This document shows positions 1-11,200 of a stretch of DNA of 64,000 nucleotides, in pieces; the stretch's first letter is position 1; each line of letters begins with the position of its first letter. This stretch comes from Fimicolochytrium jonesii (taxonomy: Eukaryota). The DNA is taken from NCBI RefSeq assembly GCF_025526975.1, contig NW_026515688.1, positions 372,001-436,000 on the forward strand. The letters run 5' to 3'. The position numbers were made by a program, and so were the translations under genes. The notes beneath the pieces were generated by a model. The model did not search any database and was not told where the DNA came from. It saw only the letters and a program-made list of their open reading frames with translations.

Positions 1-3000
1 AGATCAAGTCCCTCGGGCAACTTAGCCGATGACATGGAGGACGATCTCCCACGTCGCAGAGGAATGTCATCCGGGAAGTACTCGCTGATAGGGGAGTCCT
101 CTCCACGATTCGACAATAGAGACAAATCAGATTTGCCTCGGATATCTATTGCTGCCGGGAACTCCAACTGCAGTGGGGCGATGGAGGCGAGAGAGTTCGA
201 GCGTACGTGTCGGCGTCGAGAAAATCCGTCGGAATCGCTACGTCGAAGGCCTTGGGCGGCACTCTCCTTCCGTCCCTTCTCTATCGTGTACGCTCGCCGA
301 GACGACATGAGCTGCTCGAATGCGACGGGCGCAACAAGCGGTAACATCGACGCTGTGGTAGCCTTGAACCTGTTCTCCAACCTCACTGAGAACGCAATCA
401 CACCCGCGGGTCGTCGAATGGTCAGGTCGATCCATCCCGGATGACTCGACACTTGAGATGTCAACAACGAGTTGCCCTGCACCCATGTGCGGCTCGGAAG
501 TTTGCCCGGTTTGCTTCCACTTTGCAGCGGTCGCGTGTCCGGAGGCTTCGACCAGCAGTCCGCGAACGAGTTGTAGATCAGAAGGTCCAATACCAGCTCG
601 ATATTCTCGTCCAAGTCCTTGCTTTGCCGACTGCTTCGTAGGAGTAGGTAATGAATTATGAAGGGGACGTACTTTTTCCGCTCGGGAAGCTTGAGGGTCA
701 CAAACCACGCCAGGAGTACTTGATATGCGAGTTGGACGATGTAGAGATTGACTGGTGAGGTTGGAGTGCTGTTTGCGCCTGAGTCGACGGTCGTGTTGAT
801 GTACTGCAGTGCGATGACAAAGACTCGCTTGACATCAGTGTCGGTGAAGTTGACTCTAAGACTTGGCAGCCGTGCTAGCGTCGCGAGGAACTGGAGGTTG
901 TGAACCGCCATCGCCGTTGACATCATCTGCGAAACTTTCAAGAGCGTCCCTGGGAGGAGCTTGGTCATACTCTGCGGCAGCTCGTGAAGAGCGAGCGTGA
1001 AAGCGTGAATGCAGTTCTTTGCGGCGCTGGGCCACCTGTACAGTCCCGTTTGAAACGCGACGAGCATCTCATCCTGATCTTGTCGAGTGAAAAATGATCG
1101 ATACGCCAAGAGGATAGTGAGGATATTGAGCGCTGTGAGGTATATATCCGACTTACGGACCGTGGTAGGTATGTTCTTCACCGTGACAGCCGCGCGCTCA
1201 TTGACAATCATGTCGCAAAAGAAGGCCCGCATGACTGTCAGCTGTGGTCCGGCAGATTGGAAGAAACTCAGATCCAAGAGCTGGTTCGGAAGTCCTTGCA
1301 TGATGCACGTGTAAACATCCCAGTCCTTCTCTCTTGTGAGATTCAACATCAACGCCGCTGCATGTTGCGCTATGGGTATATGACAGATTGAGGATTCCGT
1401 TCGAGTTGTCGGGGTCGCTGGCAAGTCCGCATCGGTTGTTGGCTCATCGGATACGTCGGCAGGCCAGCTCTTCAGCCGGGAAGAGCAGGACAATGATGGG
1501 CACAGGACCAGCGTTTTCGGAGGTTCCATTGATTGCGGATTGTCCGGATCGTTATCATCGACTGACGAGGCCTGGGTTGCGTCCAAATATGACGGTAGCA
1601 GCATCGTCATAGATTCACCAGCTCGGAATGCCAGCAGATACTTCAGACAAGCCAATCTAACCGGCTTGGGGCAATTGTGGAAAGTCGGTATTCGGACGAG
1701 ATACTTGAAGATCAGCAAGCATCCTCTGCCACCCCGCTGCTTGGCGCAGATCTCGCAAATCGCAAACACTTTCTTGATTGCGTACAAAGAGTGTCGATTT
1801 GGCACCGTTCCCGATCCCGGAGTGACAGCTACTGCCGTCTGAGCAGCCATGGCGGAGAGCAACTCTGCGAGCATCAGGATGCTCGCTACCGCGTCGGACT
1901 GAGAGTTCAGCGAGCATTGAACCAAAACTTCAATGATGGCGGTGAACTGCTTCTCGGTGCTATCGCGTACCTGGCTGGCGAGGAAGTCAACCACCAGCCG
2001 GAAGATGTCCAAGTTGGTCTCCTTCGGCAGATTGCGGAGCATCGGGGTGATCACAACATCGAAAAGCTCTTCCTCTTCGACTGGCGACGAGGTAGCGTAT
2101 CGGTCCCGGAGTAAATGAAGCACACGTAAACGGACGTTCGGCCGAGTTTCCCGGAGGAAAAAGACGTCCAAAAGGGTTGCCATTGTTTGAACCATGTCAG
2201 AGTACGCCGCATAGTTGATAATGTTGCAAAGGTATTCTATCATCGGGTATGCTGCTATATCGGACAAATGCGGCCCGAATCTGAGTAATATGTCCAAAAC
2301 TCTCGGCCCTACAATGCTGCCTTGTTCCAGATACTTCATCTTGAGTACCAGCTCCAGGATGTTGTTGTACAAGGTCATGAAGGACTCGGACTGCTCGCCT
2401 CCCGGTACGTCCTGGCCCCCAGACCCTGTTTCCAAGTGAGCCGATATTCCTCCCAAAATGTCCACAATGGCCTCCCAATCCAAAACGGTCAACGTCTCGG
2501 TATTCTGCACGATTAAACCCCGTATCGCCAGGAGAACTTCCGTGTCGATCACGACGTTCTTCCACTGCGTTGCTCTTTGCAGATAAGGTAAGAGATATAC
2601 ATAGCGGCAGTTCAAACTCTTAACGCGTTGCGAGCCCCAATTCGACATCCCGATGAAAAAGATTGCACCGCGGGCGCCCAACGCCGCAACGGAGGATGTG
2701 TTCGGATTCCGTGTCAGAAATGTGAATAACTCTTTCATGATATGCCGTGCCCTGTGAGACTTCAACAAATTCCTCATGATCTGCCAGCTCTGCTGGGTCA
2801 AGAGATCCGCATTGACAGTGTGTACGAGAGTAGCAGTCACGGTGGGTATAGCGGTGAGCGGCACAGTGCCGTAGCGGACCACGGCATCAAGAAGCATCAG
2901 CACATCGCGAATGAGGTCGATATCGGGCGTTCGGGATGCTATCGAGCAAGCTGACGACATAACCTGTGATATCTGCGACCCATGCATGCGAATGAAGGAA

Positions 3001-3638
3001 AATTTGACTACATTGACGACCAAGCTCAGAAGGCTCCTGACTTGCGCCAATTGAAGATCTTCGATGGCGTGATGAGCTGCCTCCGACATGGGTGACTTTA
3101 GGTCCCTGACACCAGCAGGGTATAAGGCAGCGGACGCCTCATCAATCCACTGAGCTAAGCGATTGAATATATCTTGCTCCGCCTCTCGTAAATCACGACC
3201 ATCGTTCGTTAGACACTTCAAGATGTCCAAGCGGACGTCCAGAAATCTGCGGCCCCATTCGTCGCTGATGACCCTTTTGAAGATGGACAAGCGAAGCAGT
3301 TCTCCGTGAACCTGCTTACTATGCACGCAAGTCTTCAAGAACCTCAGGGCGGCATTGCAGAGCCTTTCCGGGGCTTTTACCGAAGCAAAAGACTCGACAA
3401 GCTGCCATAGGTCCTCCAGTTCGGCTGTCAAGTCCAAGGATTGAGTCGCTGACGTTAGATCCTCAATTGCCCGCTCCCGTTCCGCTTCAGCCACAGGGAC
3501 CGCCGTATCAAGCTCGCTGCATAGTGAGTAAAGGCGCCGCCATAAGTCGGCCTCCTGGGCAGCAGGACCAGGCCCTACACCCCCCTCTTCGACCCGGGAT
3601 TTGAACCGTTGCTTTAGACGTTCGACAGGGTTGGACAT
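1..3638 (-). CDS. TSC2: Tuberin (TSC2, Rheb-GAP); 5' part, 3' end beyond window
   Basis: My manual translation gives an uninterrupted frame from ATG 3638 (MSNPVERLKQRFK) to the window edge, about 1212 codons; it is absent from the ORF track because it has no stop. Tuberin-like segments: SWQIMRNLLKSH, GAIFFIGMSNWG, REKDWDVY, CIHAFTLALHELPQSMTKLL, HNLQFLATLARLP, TIRRPAG. Confidence 0.88.
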   Translation of the reverse strand, partial: MSNPVERLKQRFKSRVEEGGVGPGPAAQEADLWRRLYSLCSELDTAVPVAEAERERAIEDLTSATQSLDLTAELEDLWQLVESFASVKAPERLCNAALRFLKTCVHSKQVHGELLRLSIFKRVISDEWGRRFLDVRLDILKCLTNDGRDLREAEQDIFNRLAQWIDEASAALYPAGVRDLKSPMSEAAHHAIEDLQLAQVRSLLSLVVNVVKFSFIRMHGSQISQVMSSACSIASRTPDIDLIRDVLMLLDAVVRYGTVPLTAIPTVTATLVHTVNADLLTQQSWQIMRNLLKSHRARHIMKELFTFLTRNPNTSSVAALGARGAIFFIGMSNWGSQRVKSLNCRYVYLLPYLQRATQWKNVVIDTEVLLAIRGLIVQNTETLTVLDWEAIVDILGGISAHLETGSGGQDVPGGEQSESFMTLYNNILELVLKMKYLEQGSIVGPRVLDILLRFGPHLSDIAAYPMIEYLCNIINYAAYSDMVQTMATLLDVFFLRETRPNVRLRVLHLLRDRYATSSPVEEEELFDVVITPMLRNLPKETNLDIFRLVVDFLASQVRDSTEKQFTAIIEVLVQCSLNSQSDAVASILMLAELLSAMAAQTAVAVTPGSGTVPNRHSLYAIKKVFAICEICAKQRGGRGCLLIFKYLVRIPTFHNCPKPVRLACLKYLLAFRAGESMTMLLPSYLDATQASSVDDNDPDNPQSMEPPKTLVLCPSLSCSSRLKSWPADVSDEPTTDADLPATPTTRTESSICHIPIAQHAAALMLNLTREKDWDVYTCIMQGLPNQLLDLSFFQSAGPQLTVMRAFFCDMIVNERAAVTVKNIPTTVRKSDIYLTALNILTILLAYRSFFTRQDQDEMLVAFQTGLYRWPSAAKNCIHAFTLALHELPQSMTKLLPGTLLKVSQMMSTAMAVHNLQFLATLARLPSLRVNFTDTDVKRVFVIALQYINTTVDSGANSTPTSPVNLYIVQLAYQVLLAWFVTLKLPERKKYVPFIIHYLLLRSSRQSKDLDENIELVLDLLIYNSFADCWSKPPDTRPLQSGSKPGKLPSRTWVQGNSLLTSQVSSHPGWIDLTIRRPAGVIAFSVRLENRFKATTASMLPLVAPVAFEQLMSSRRAYTIEKGRKESAAQGLRRSDSDGFSRRRHVRSNSLASIAPLQLEFPAAIDIRGKSDLSLLSNRGEDSPISEYFPDDIPLRRGRSSSMSSAKLPEGLD

Positions 3639-4263
3639 ACGAGTCCGGGATACGAGCGGTGGATAATATTATCGGTTGAGACTTTCTTTGACAACTATCG
3701 CTTAGACGATTTCATCCACAGGATCGAGTTAAATTTTTGAGTTGCTAAGGAAGACTTCGAAATTTGCTCCAGGCCGATTTTGTTTCACCAGGCCGATTTT
3801 TAACTTCTTTTGCAGAAGCTCAGCGGCAAGAGCAATGTTTAATGTACGGACGGTAAGCGGTGGCGTTTCTTTTGCAAGGGTGATTGGACAGCCGACACCA
3901 AGACCGTATCCCTCGTGTCCTGCGCGAGGCTTCCGAAAGGAGCCCTTTCACACAGGTGGAAAACCAGGAGGGCAGGCACGACCGCGTGCACATGAGCGCA
4001 TCCGTCCAGACTGCGCTAATGTATGTAGAATTGCGGAATTGCCGCATTTGATTACGCCACGCCCTCTTGCATAAAGACAATTGAACTTTCCCGTCTTGGC
4101 CCTTCATCCAGTTGGGAGCCATACCATACCGCGCCGTCGCCAAGTCGAAGACCGCGTTCACGCGTTTTGTTTGTCGTCGGAGGTTGGGGAACTTGGGAAC
4201 AATGGGAAGGCATTGCGTGCCATTGAAACTGAAGGGTTCGCCAGAGCATTCGAAAGCGAGAAC

Positions 4264-4368
4264 CTGCAAGGTTGGCTTTGTGATCCAGAGCGGCACTGCA
4301 AGGACTGCAAGGTTGGCTTCGTGGTCTAGAGCGGCACTCAATGTTGGGCTCGTGGTTTAGAGCGGCGC
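4264..4368 (+). repeat. Three imperfect ~33-bp tandem copies overlapping the OLA1 start codon
   Basis: ctgcaaggttggctttgtgatccagagcggcac (4264), ctgcaaggttggcttcgtggtctagagcggcac (4305), ctcaatgttgggctcgtggtttagagcggcgc (4337). Confidence 0.85.
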
Positions 4369-5981
4369 CGGCTCCGGGGTGCTGGGCTCGAAGGGTAACA
4401 GTGCGGCAGTGGTGCTCTTCTCAAAGGGTAGCAACGCGGCGGCAGTACTCCACGATTAAGAAAGACCGGACGGCCAAGGAGCCGAAAGATGTGAAGCCAA
4501 CTTTGGGACGACCGGGGAATAACCTGAAAATGGGGATCTGCGGGCTCCCAAACACCGGCAAGTCCTCTTTCTTCAATGCGCTCACGAATAGCGCGGTACC
4601 TGCCGAGGTAAGTGAAGTGCTGTGGCTAAAGATTTCGAACCTTCTAATGTCATCGTTTTGTAGAATTTCCCATTTTGCACGATAAACCCTAACGAGGCGC
4701 GCGTAGCCGTTCCCGACGAACGGCTCGATTGGCTAGTGGACTTCTATAAACCGGCATCCACGATCCCGGCATATTTGAGTGTCACGGATATCGCCGGCCT
4801 GATCAAAGGGGCAGCCGAGGGCCTTGGTCTGGGCAACGCCTTTCTGAGCAACATTCAGCAAGTGGACGGACTGTTCCACCTCTGCCGCGGATTCGACTCC
4901 AGCGATGTGCTCCACGTCGAAGGTCGGATAGACCCCATTTCGGACCTAATAATCATTCAAGAGGAGTTGAGATTGAAGGATGCCGACTCGCTGAACAGAT
5001 TGCTGGAATTAAAGAAGAAGGAATCTGCCAGAGCTGGGAAGAATAGTGCGAAAAAGATGGAGGAGTTGGATGTCTTGCATAAAGTCCACGAGTGGGTGGT
5101 TGGACAGAAGAAGGAAGTTCGCTCCGGCAACTGGAGTGATGAGGAAATCGAGGTTATCAACTCCCTTCATCTTCTGACCGCAAAGCCGGCGGTGTTCCTG
5201 GTACGAAATTGCTTCTCAGGTTTGCCGAAAAGTAAGGCGTCGTACTGACTGTCCCCTTAGTGCAACATATCAGAGAAAGATTTCATACGAATGTCAAACC
5301 CGTGGATGCCAGTCCTCAAAGGCTACCTTGGGCAAAACCATCCGGACGATCTGCTGATTCCTTTCTCGGGGGAATTGGAAACAACACTAGCAGCAATGAA
5401 TAAAATACAACAAAATACCTATTTGACGGCGCTCTCCAACAAATACGATGCACCAAAATTGGCGAAATCGGCCTTGCCCGACATCACGTTCGCGGGCTAT
5501 GACGCGCTGAATCTGCAATACTGTGAGTGGCGGTGGTGATGACCTTTTTCGCCCAACGTTCTCGCTCTTCTTTCTCATTCGGTCCAACGCTTGAAGTCTT
5601 TACCGGGGGCCCCGATGAGGTCCGCGCATGGACGATAAGAGCAAACACCAAAGCACCTCAAGCGGCTAGCGTTATACATTCAGTACGTTTCTTTCCAGCC
5701 GCAAGAAAGATTCTCGCTGACTTGTTGATGCTACCGTAGGATTTGGAGAAATCATTTGTGTTGGCCGAAGTCATGAGCTACGACGATTTGCGATCGTATG
5801 GCTCGGAAGCTTCGGTGAAGAATGCTGGGAAGTATGTGCAGAAAGGAAGGGATTACGTTGTGCAAGACGGTGACATTATTTGTAAGTAGCCCGATGATGC
5901 TCCCCAGACACTTTCCTCAGACTGACATAGGTTTGATCTCGGCTACAAACAGACTTCAGAGCCGCGCAGGCTAAACGATAG
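4341..5981 (+). CDS. OLA1: Obg-like ATPase (OLA1/YchF family) with Arg/Ser-rich N-terminal extension; 6 exons
   Basis: [91 protein letters not shown]; five GT-AG introns restore the frame; stop at 5979-5981. Confidence 0.92.
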
Positions 5982-6159
5982 AGTTGAATGGACCAAGCTC
6001 TCATATAGATTGGATAGATAATTTAGTTGTCATAATTTTATACCCCACGGATAGCTACTGCTAGGATCGTGGAATGATGTGAGGAGGATATCCCATACCG
6101 CCTTGATGCCAAAAAAGGTGAAACGAACTATTCTACAGAAGTAATACTCTCCCGACTCC

Positions 6160-7864
6160 TTATTGCACCTGCTCTTTGATGGCCCCCTTCCTGTGCAGCA
6201 TGCTTTCCCACTTTACCCTCTCCTTCCGGTAAAGCAGCATGGCAACCCTCGCGTCCTCAATAGACGAGTGCTCGCCGGATTGGATGTCCAAACCCAACAG
6301 CTCCTTCGCCAGTTTTCGTAGAGCCGGAGACCGCCCGCGGGCGAGAGCGCGGAACGGTTTGTATGTGACTGTGTCGCGAATGAGACGTTGTGGATGGGTG
6401 AGTAGGAGGGCGTTGAAATCGTTTTTCAAGGCGTGTCCGACCACGATGCGGTCTTTGATCAAGTCTGCCACTTCCTGCTGTACTTGTTTGAATGGAACGG
6501 CTACAGACAAAGGAGCGATGGTCAGCTATGCTTGAAGAGAACGGAAGTTACAACGCAGGGCAGTCCTCACCATTCTTCAGCAGCTCGGGCGTGATACCAC
6601 TGACAAACGTCCTGTAATCCGTTATGGTCTCCTGCGCCTGGACGTACTTGTCCATAATCGTATGGCCATGGAAGTTGACCAAACTGACCCGTGCCAGTAC
6701 CGATTGATCCCCGTCCAAACCGACACCCACCATCTCACAATCCATCCCAATGTACTTCCCGATTTTGTTCTTCGCGTGCTCCGACACCTCATCCGCTGCG
6801 GCGTCCATGATGGCCTCCGCCGACTTTTTCGTCCCACTGGGGAGAGTAGGAAACACACGTTCGCCGCTCGTCCGAACGGATGCCACTGTGATGGCAGCCC
6901 CTTTAGACTTTTTGCGTGCTGGTTCGTCATCCTCGTCGTCGCTGTCGACAGCGTTCAGCGAGGTGTCCATCACCATATCCAAAATCTGCAGATCTCTCAG
7001 CAGTAGCTCTTTCGCCTTCTTCGATTCCTCCTCAAGAACCGCAGTTGTCCCCGCAACATCCCCGTCATCCAGCTCTTCATACCAGTCTTCAATCGATTTT
7101 GTCGGCAGGGCATTTGTTGCAGGTTCCGGTTCGTTGGTGGTGGCCAAGGGCAGGGCGGCCTTGCGCAGAACGGCAGACGACGTGAAGCCTCCAGCTATCT
7201 CAAAATCCGATCCCTCAGAATCAACGTCTGGGATGCCGTCCGGGAAGTCTTTCGCAGACTTTTGACTTTCCGGTACAGCGCCATCATGCTTTTGTGCATC
7301 TTTCGATTTTTTGTCATATTTCGTCGGTTTTGTGACTTTCCGCTTCTTTGGTTTGAAGAGAGTGTCTACAAACTCCTCGCCCTTTGCATCTTCCACCTCG
7401 GCAGCTTTCCTCTTTGATGACTTTGGTGGTTGAGGTTGCTGCGGTTCCGGTGCGTTCTTCGGCTTTTTGACCGAAGCGGCAATAGACGTCTTGGCCATCG
7501 GCTTAAAATCATTAGATATCGGAACTTCCGACTTCCGTGGTTTCGTGGATGGGTTTGTCGCTGTTGCGGTCGCCGCTTTCCCCGTGGTACTCCCTTTCGT
7601 CTTGACAAGTTTTTTGTCACCAGTAAGAACGTGCTTTGCTGCTGCAGGCACTGATTTTACACCGGCCTTCACAACCGATTTGACATGTTTCCTATCACCC
7701 GTGAGTGCCTTCTTGATTTTCGAAGGCTTGTCTCCCGCCTTTTTTAAGGTCTGCGAGACAATTCAACTCAGCACCAGGCTCGTCGGTGAAATTGAGAAGC
7801 AAGGGAAAAAGCTTACCGCACTGAGCTTCTTCCAGTTGGATGAGACCGAAGTCTTTTTCACCAT
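6160..7864 (-). CDS. REX4: RNA exonuclease 4 (DEDDh); 3 exons
   Basis: N-terminal [14 protein letters not shown]; catalytic motifs [37 protein letters not shown]. Confidence 0.92.
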
Positions 7865-8207
7865 TGTTGCTGCGGGCACCTTGGACATTTGCCAGTGTGT
7901 TTGTGTGTTGGTTTTTCGTTGGTACAGTACATCCGAGAAGAGGAATTTTGTCGACCAGCAGTCAGACCAGCACTGCTCTTGAAATTCGCGGACACCGCTC
8001 GAACCCTAACCCGGACACAAAAAAGCATAAAAGGACCAGCCCCTCATTGCAGCGCCAGGTGCTGGAACCCTGTGACAATCGCCGTGGGAACAAGCAGACC
8101 CTCAGCGCTACCCCCAACCTGTATATCCAGCAAAACCCGTCGCTCACACTCATCGACGTCGATTCCCTGCGGCTACACAGCCCTCGAAGTTTGTATATAG
8201 GGCAGCC

Positions 8208-11200
8208 ATGCAGAAAGCAGCCGGTCCAGCGGAGAACGCACATAAACCCAGAGTGCAAAAGCCTTTCCAATTATAAGTATCAAATGGCCAACCCTCCCAT
8301 AGTCATAGTGTCAGATACCAAGTGGACTATTGTCCTAACCAGGGCCCTCTTTTTCTTCTCTTTATGCCGTCTACCTATTGTCGCGTGGAATCTACACATC
8401 TCACCAAAAAGTCGTTCTGGATGTTGACTTTGAAAACCGCTTCATACATGTGTGTTCTTTACTTGGCTTCTTTGCGCATATCCCATGTCTCAACATGTCT
8501 AATACCGAAATACCCGATCGTGTCGGAACAGGGCTACGTCGTCCTCACGATCCTTCCATACCTTGCCGAACTGAAGCAAATACGGCTGAATAGCCGGCAA
8601 ATCAGTATGTGAACGGGATTATGCCATTGTGTCAAACTCGGTGAGGCTCATATGCACCCCTGTGTTCGCTTGCATAGCCATCCACAATGTCTTGGTCAAT
8701 GAGCTACCAGGGAAATACACCTATGATGACCCTCTGACACCCGTCGTCCCGCCATCAACGCTGAAAACTGCACATCACCACAACGAATACCGACAGCAAT
8801 ACATCTATGCTTTGCAAGAAGCTGATGAAGGGGAATTGCTCATCGACATCCCAGAGCCGATTTTGAAACAGCAGGCTCCCCAATTCACTCCCTCGATCAA
8901 ATCCCATGATGGAAATTCTACAGGAGAAGCGAATCGTTCGAGCTTAATCTCCCTAAGCCCTATCGTCATACGCATTGACTTCAGTCTCAGAAATCCTAAT
9001 GGCGGGATTCACTTTGTCATACCTGAGGATGTAAAGACACTGGAGGTGAAGGATCTCGCCAGATGTAGTTGCCGAGGCGGTATTAATGCGAATTTTTTAC
9101 AGAGATTTCCACAACTGTACACACACAACCAAGCACTTTCGACGCGTATGTGGATTCCATGCATAGATCGGTATCAGGAAGCCTGCACGTGGGATATCAG
9201 CATCATCATCCCTGCTACGCTACGGCACACATTCCCACATTATTATGAGGAGGGTGTGCCAGATGAGGACGATGAGGAGACGGGTGAAATCATCGGCGAT
9301 AGGTCGATGATTGTCGTCTGCTCCGGAGAACCGGAAGAGGAGGTGATGCATCCCAAGCAACCCACCAAAAAGATCTGTCGCTTCTCTTTGAGACGACCAA
9401 TTGGGGCCTCAAGCATCATGTTTGCCGTGGGACCGTTCGAGGTTATACCAATACCAGGGTGGTTCAAGAAGTCTCGGGTCCAAATTCAGGACGGAAGGGA
9501 GGAATCGCCTGAGGAAAATTCGACGGACACGGCGGAAGCAGATGGGGAAGAGGACAGCGCCTCGGAAGGAGCTTTTGCTTTCTGCCTCCCAGGACGAGAA
9601 GATCATGTAGATTATACCGTCAGCTTCATGTCACAGGTAGGAGATTTTGCATAGCTCCAGGTGACTGGCGAAGGACTCATAACCCCTCCTTGTAGGCTTT
9701 ACATTATTTTGAACAATATCTCGGCGTACCGTTTCCTTACTTGTCCTACAAGCAAATATTTTTGGAAGACACATACAATCCAGTAGCCACTGGCGCCACT
9801 ATATCATTATTCAGGTAAGCACCAGGCATTTGTCAGACCCGGTCGGTCGTTCGGTTCGCTGACAAATTTACATCTCATGCCTAGTTCGCATCTTTTGCTT
9901 CATGAACATATTATAGACCAAACGTACGAGAGCATGCGCCTGCTTTGCCGGGCCTTGGTTTCTCAGTGGTTTGGTCACTTTTTGGTGCCTAAATCATGGT
10001 ACGCCGAGACTGATCCGCTTGGACCGTCCTGCTGGAAGCTAACGCCGTCCGGATTAGGGCTGACACGTGGCTTTTGGTCGGATTGACAAACTACGTTGTC
10101 GCGTTGTTCTTACAACGATTTTTTGGAAAGAACGAATACAAGTTCCGTTTAAGAAAGGTATGGCCCCGAAGGTTGTGAGGATCATCGCCTCTCTTCCGCG
10201 CGTCTGAGCCGATCTTCACGAAGGACATGCAACGCGTGTGCGAGCTGGATGTAAACCAACCCCCGCTGTCCCCCATCCCGATACCCATGGACGACACACA
10301 GAGTGGGGATCACCACGCGACTGTCGATCCACTTATCCTGCAGCACTTTCATCCGGACGACGATTGGTCCTCGGTGCGATCTGAGTTTGTAGGTCTCAAG
10401 TCCTACGTTGTCCTACATATGCTGGATCGGAAACTCGGCAAAGGCGTTCTACGGAAAGTCATCACGACAACGCTTACAGCAGCTTCGAATGGCGAGCTCC
10501 CCAATGGGTTGAGCACCCACAATTTTTTTCGTTTGGCGCGGAAGCTCACTGGAAAAGGGGAACTGAAGTCTTTCGCTGATCAGTGGGTATATGGCAGCGG
10601 ATGTCCCCGATTCAGCTTCAAATACAACTTCAATCGCAAGAAGATGGCGGTTGAGTTCAGATTCCATCAGGAGAACGTGAATGGAGGGATTATCGGCAGT
10701 ACCGCGCGGTTCTCAGGCCCTTTTATGATTCGAATCCACGAGCCTGGTGGGACCTACGACACTGAGGTCCACTTGGAAGAGCAGGATAAACAATATGATA
10801 TCCAGTATCACACGAAGTACAAACGAATCAGGCGAAAGGCCGTCACTGGACCTAGGGGAAAGAAAGGGACAGGCGAAGAGCAGGAGGCTGTACAAAACGA
10901 ACCTGTTGAAGCAGATGACATGAGAGGCGAGAATGCCGATTCGAAGGGTGACTGGCATGATGAGGAGCCTGACAGATTGGATTTCGAGTGGATACGCCTG
11001 GATCCTGACAACGACTGGCTTTGCGTCAAGGACTTTGAGCAGACCGAATTCATGTGGGCGTCTCAGTTGAAGAAGGACAAAGACGTGTATGCGCAGTTGG
11101 ATGCAATAGCTGGGCTCAGCAGACTACCGTCTACGGGAACGTGCACGGTGCTGAGCGAGTTCATCAACAGAAAGATGTCGTATTACGGATTGAGAATGCA

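Noticed and set aside
34..2954. Many short ORFs in the track over the first 3 kb
   Set aside because: Antisense or off-frame shadows of the continuous TSC2 frame.
3769..3800. Direct repeat CCAGGCCGATTTT x2 in the TSC2/OLA1 divergent region
   Set aside because: Only two copies; compatible with a small local duplication and no function can be supported.
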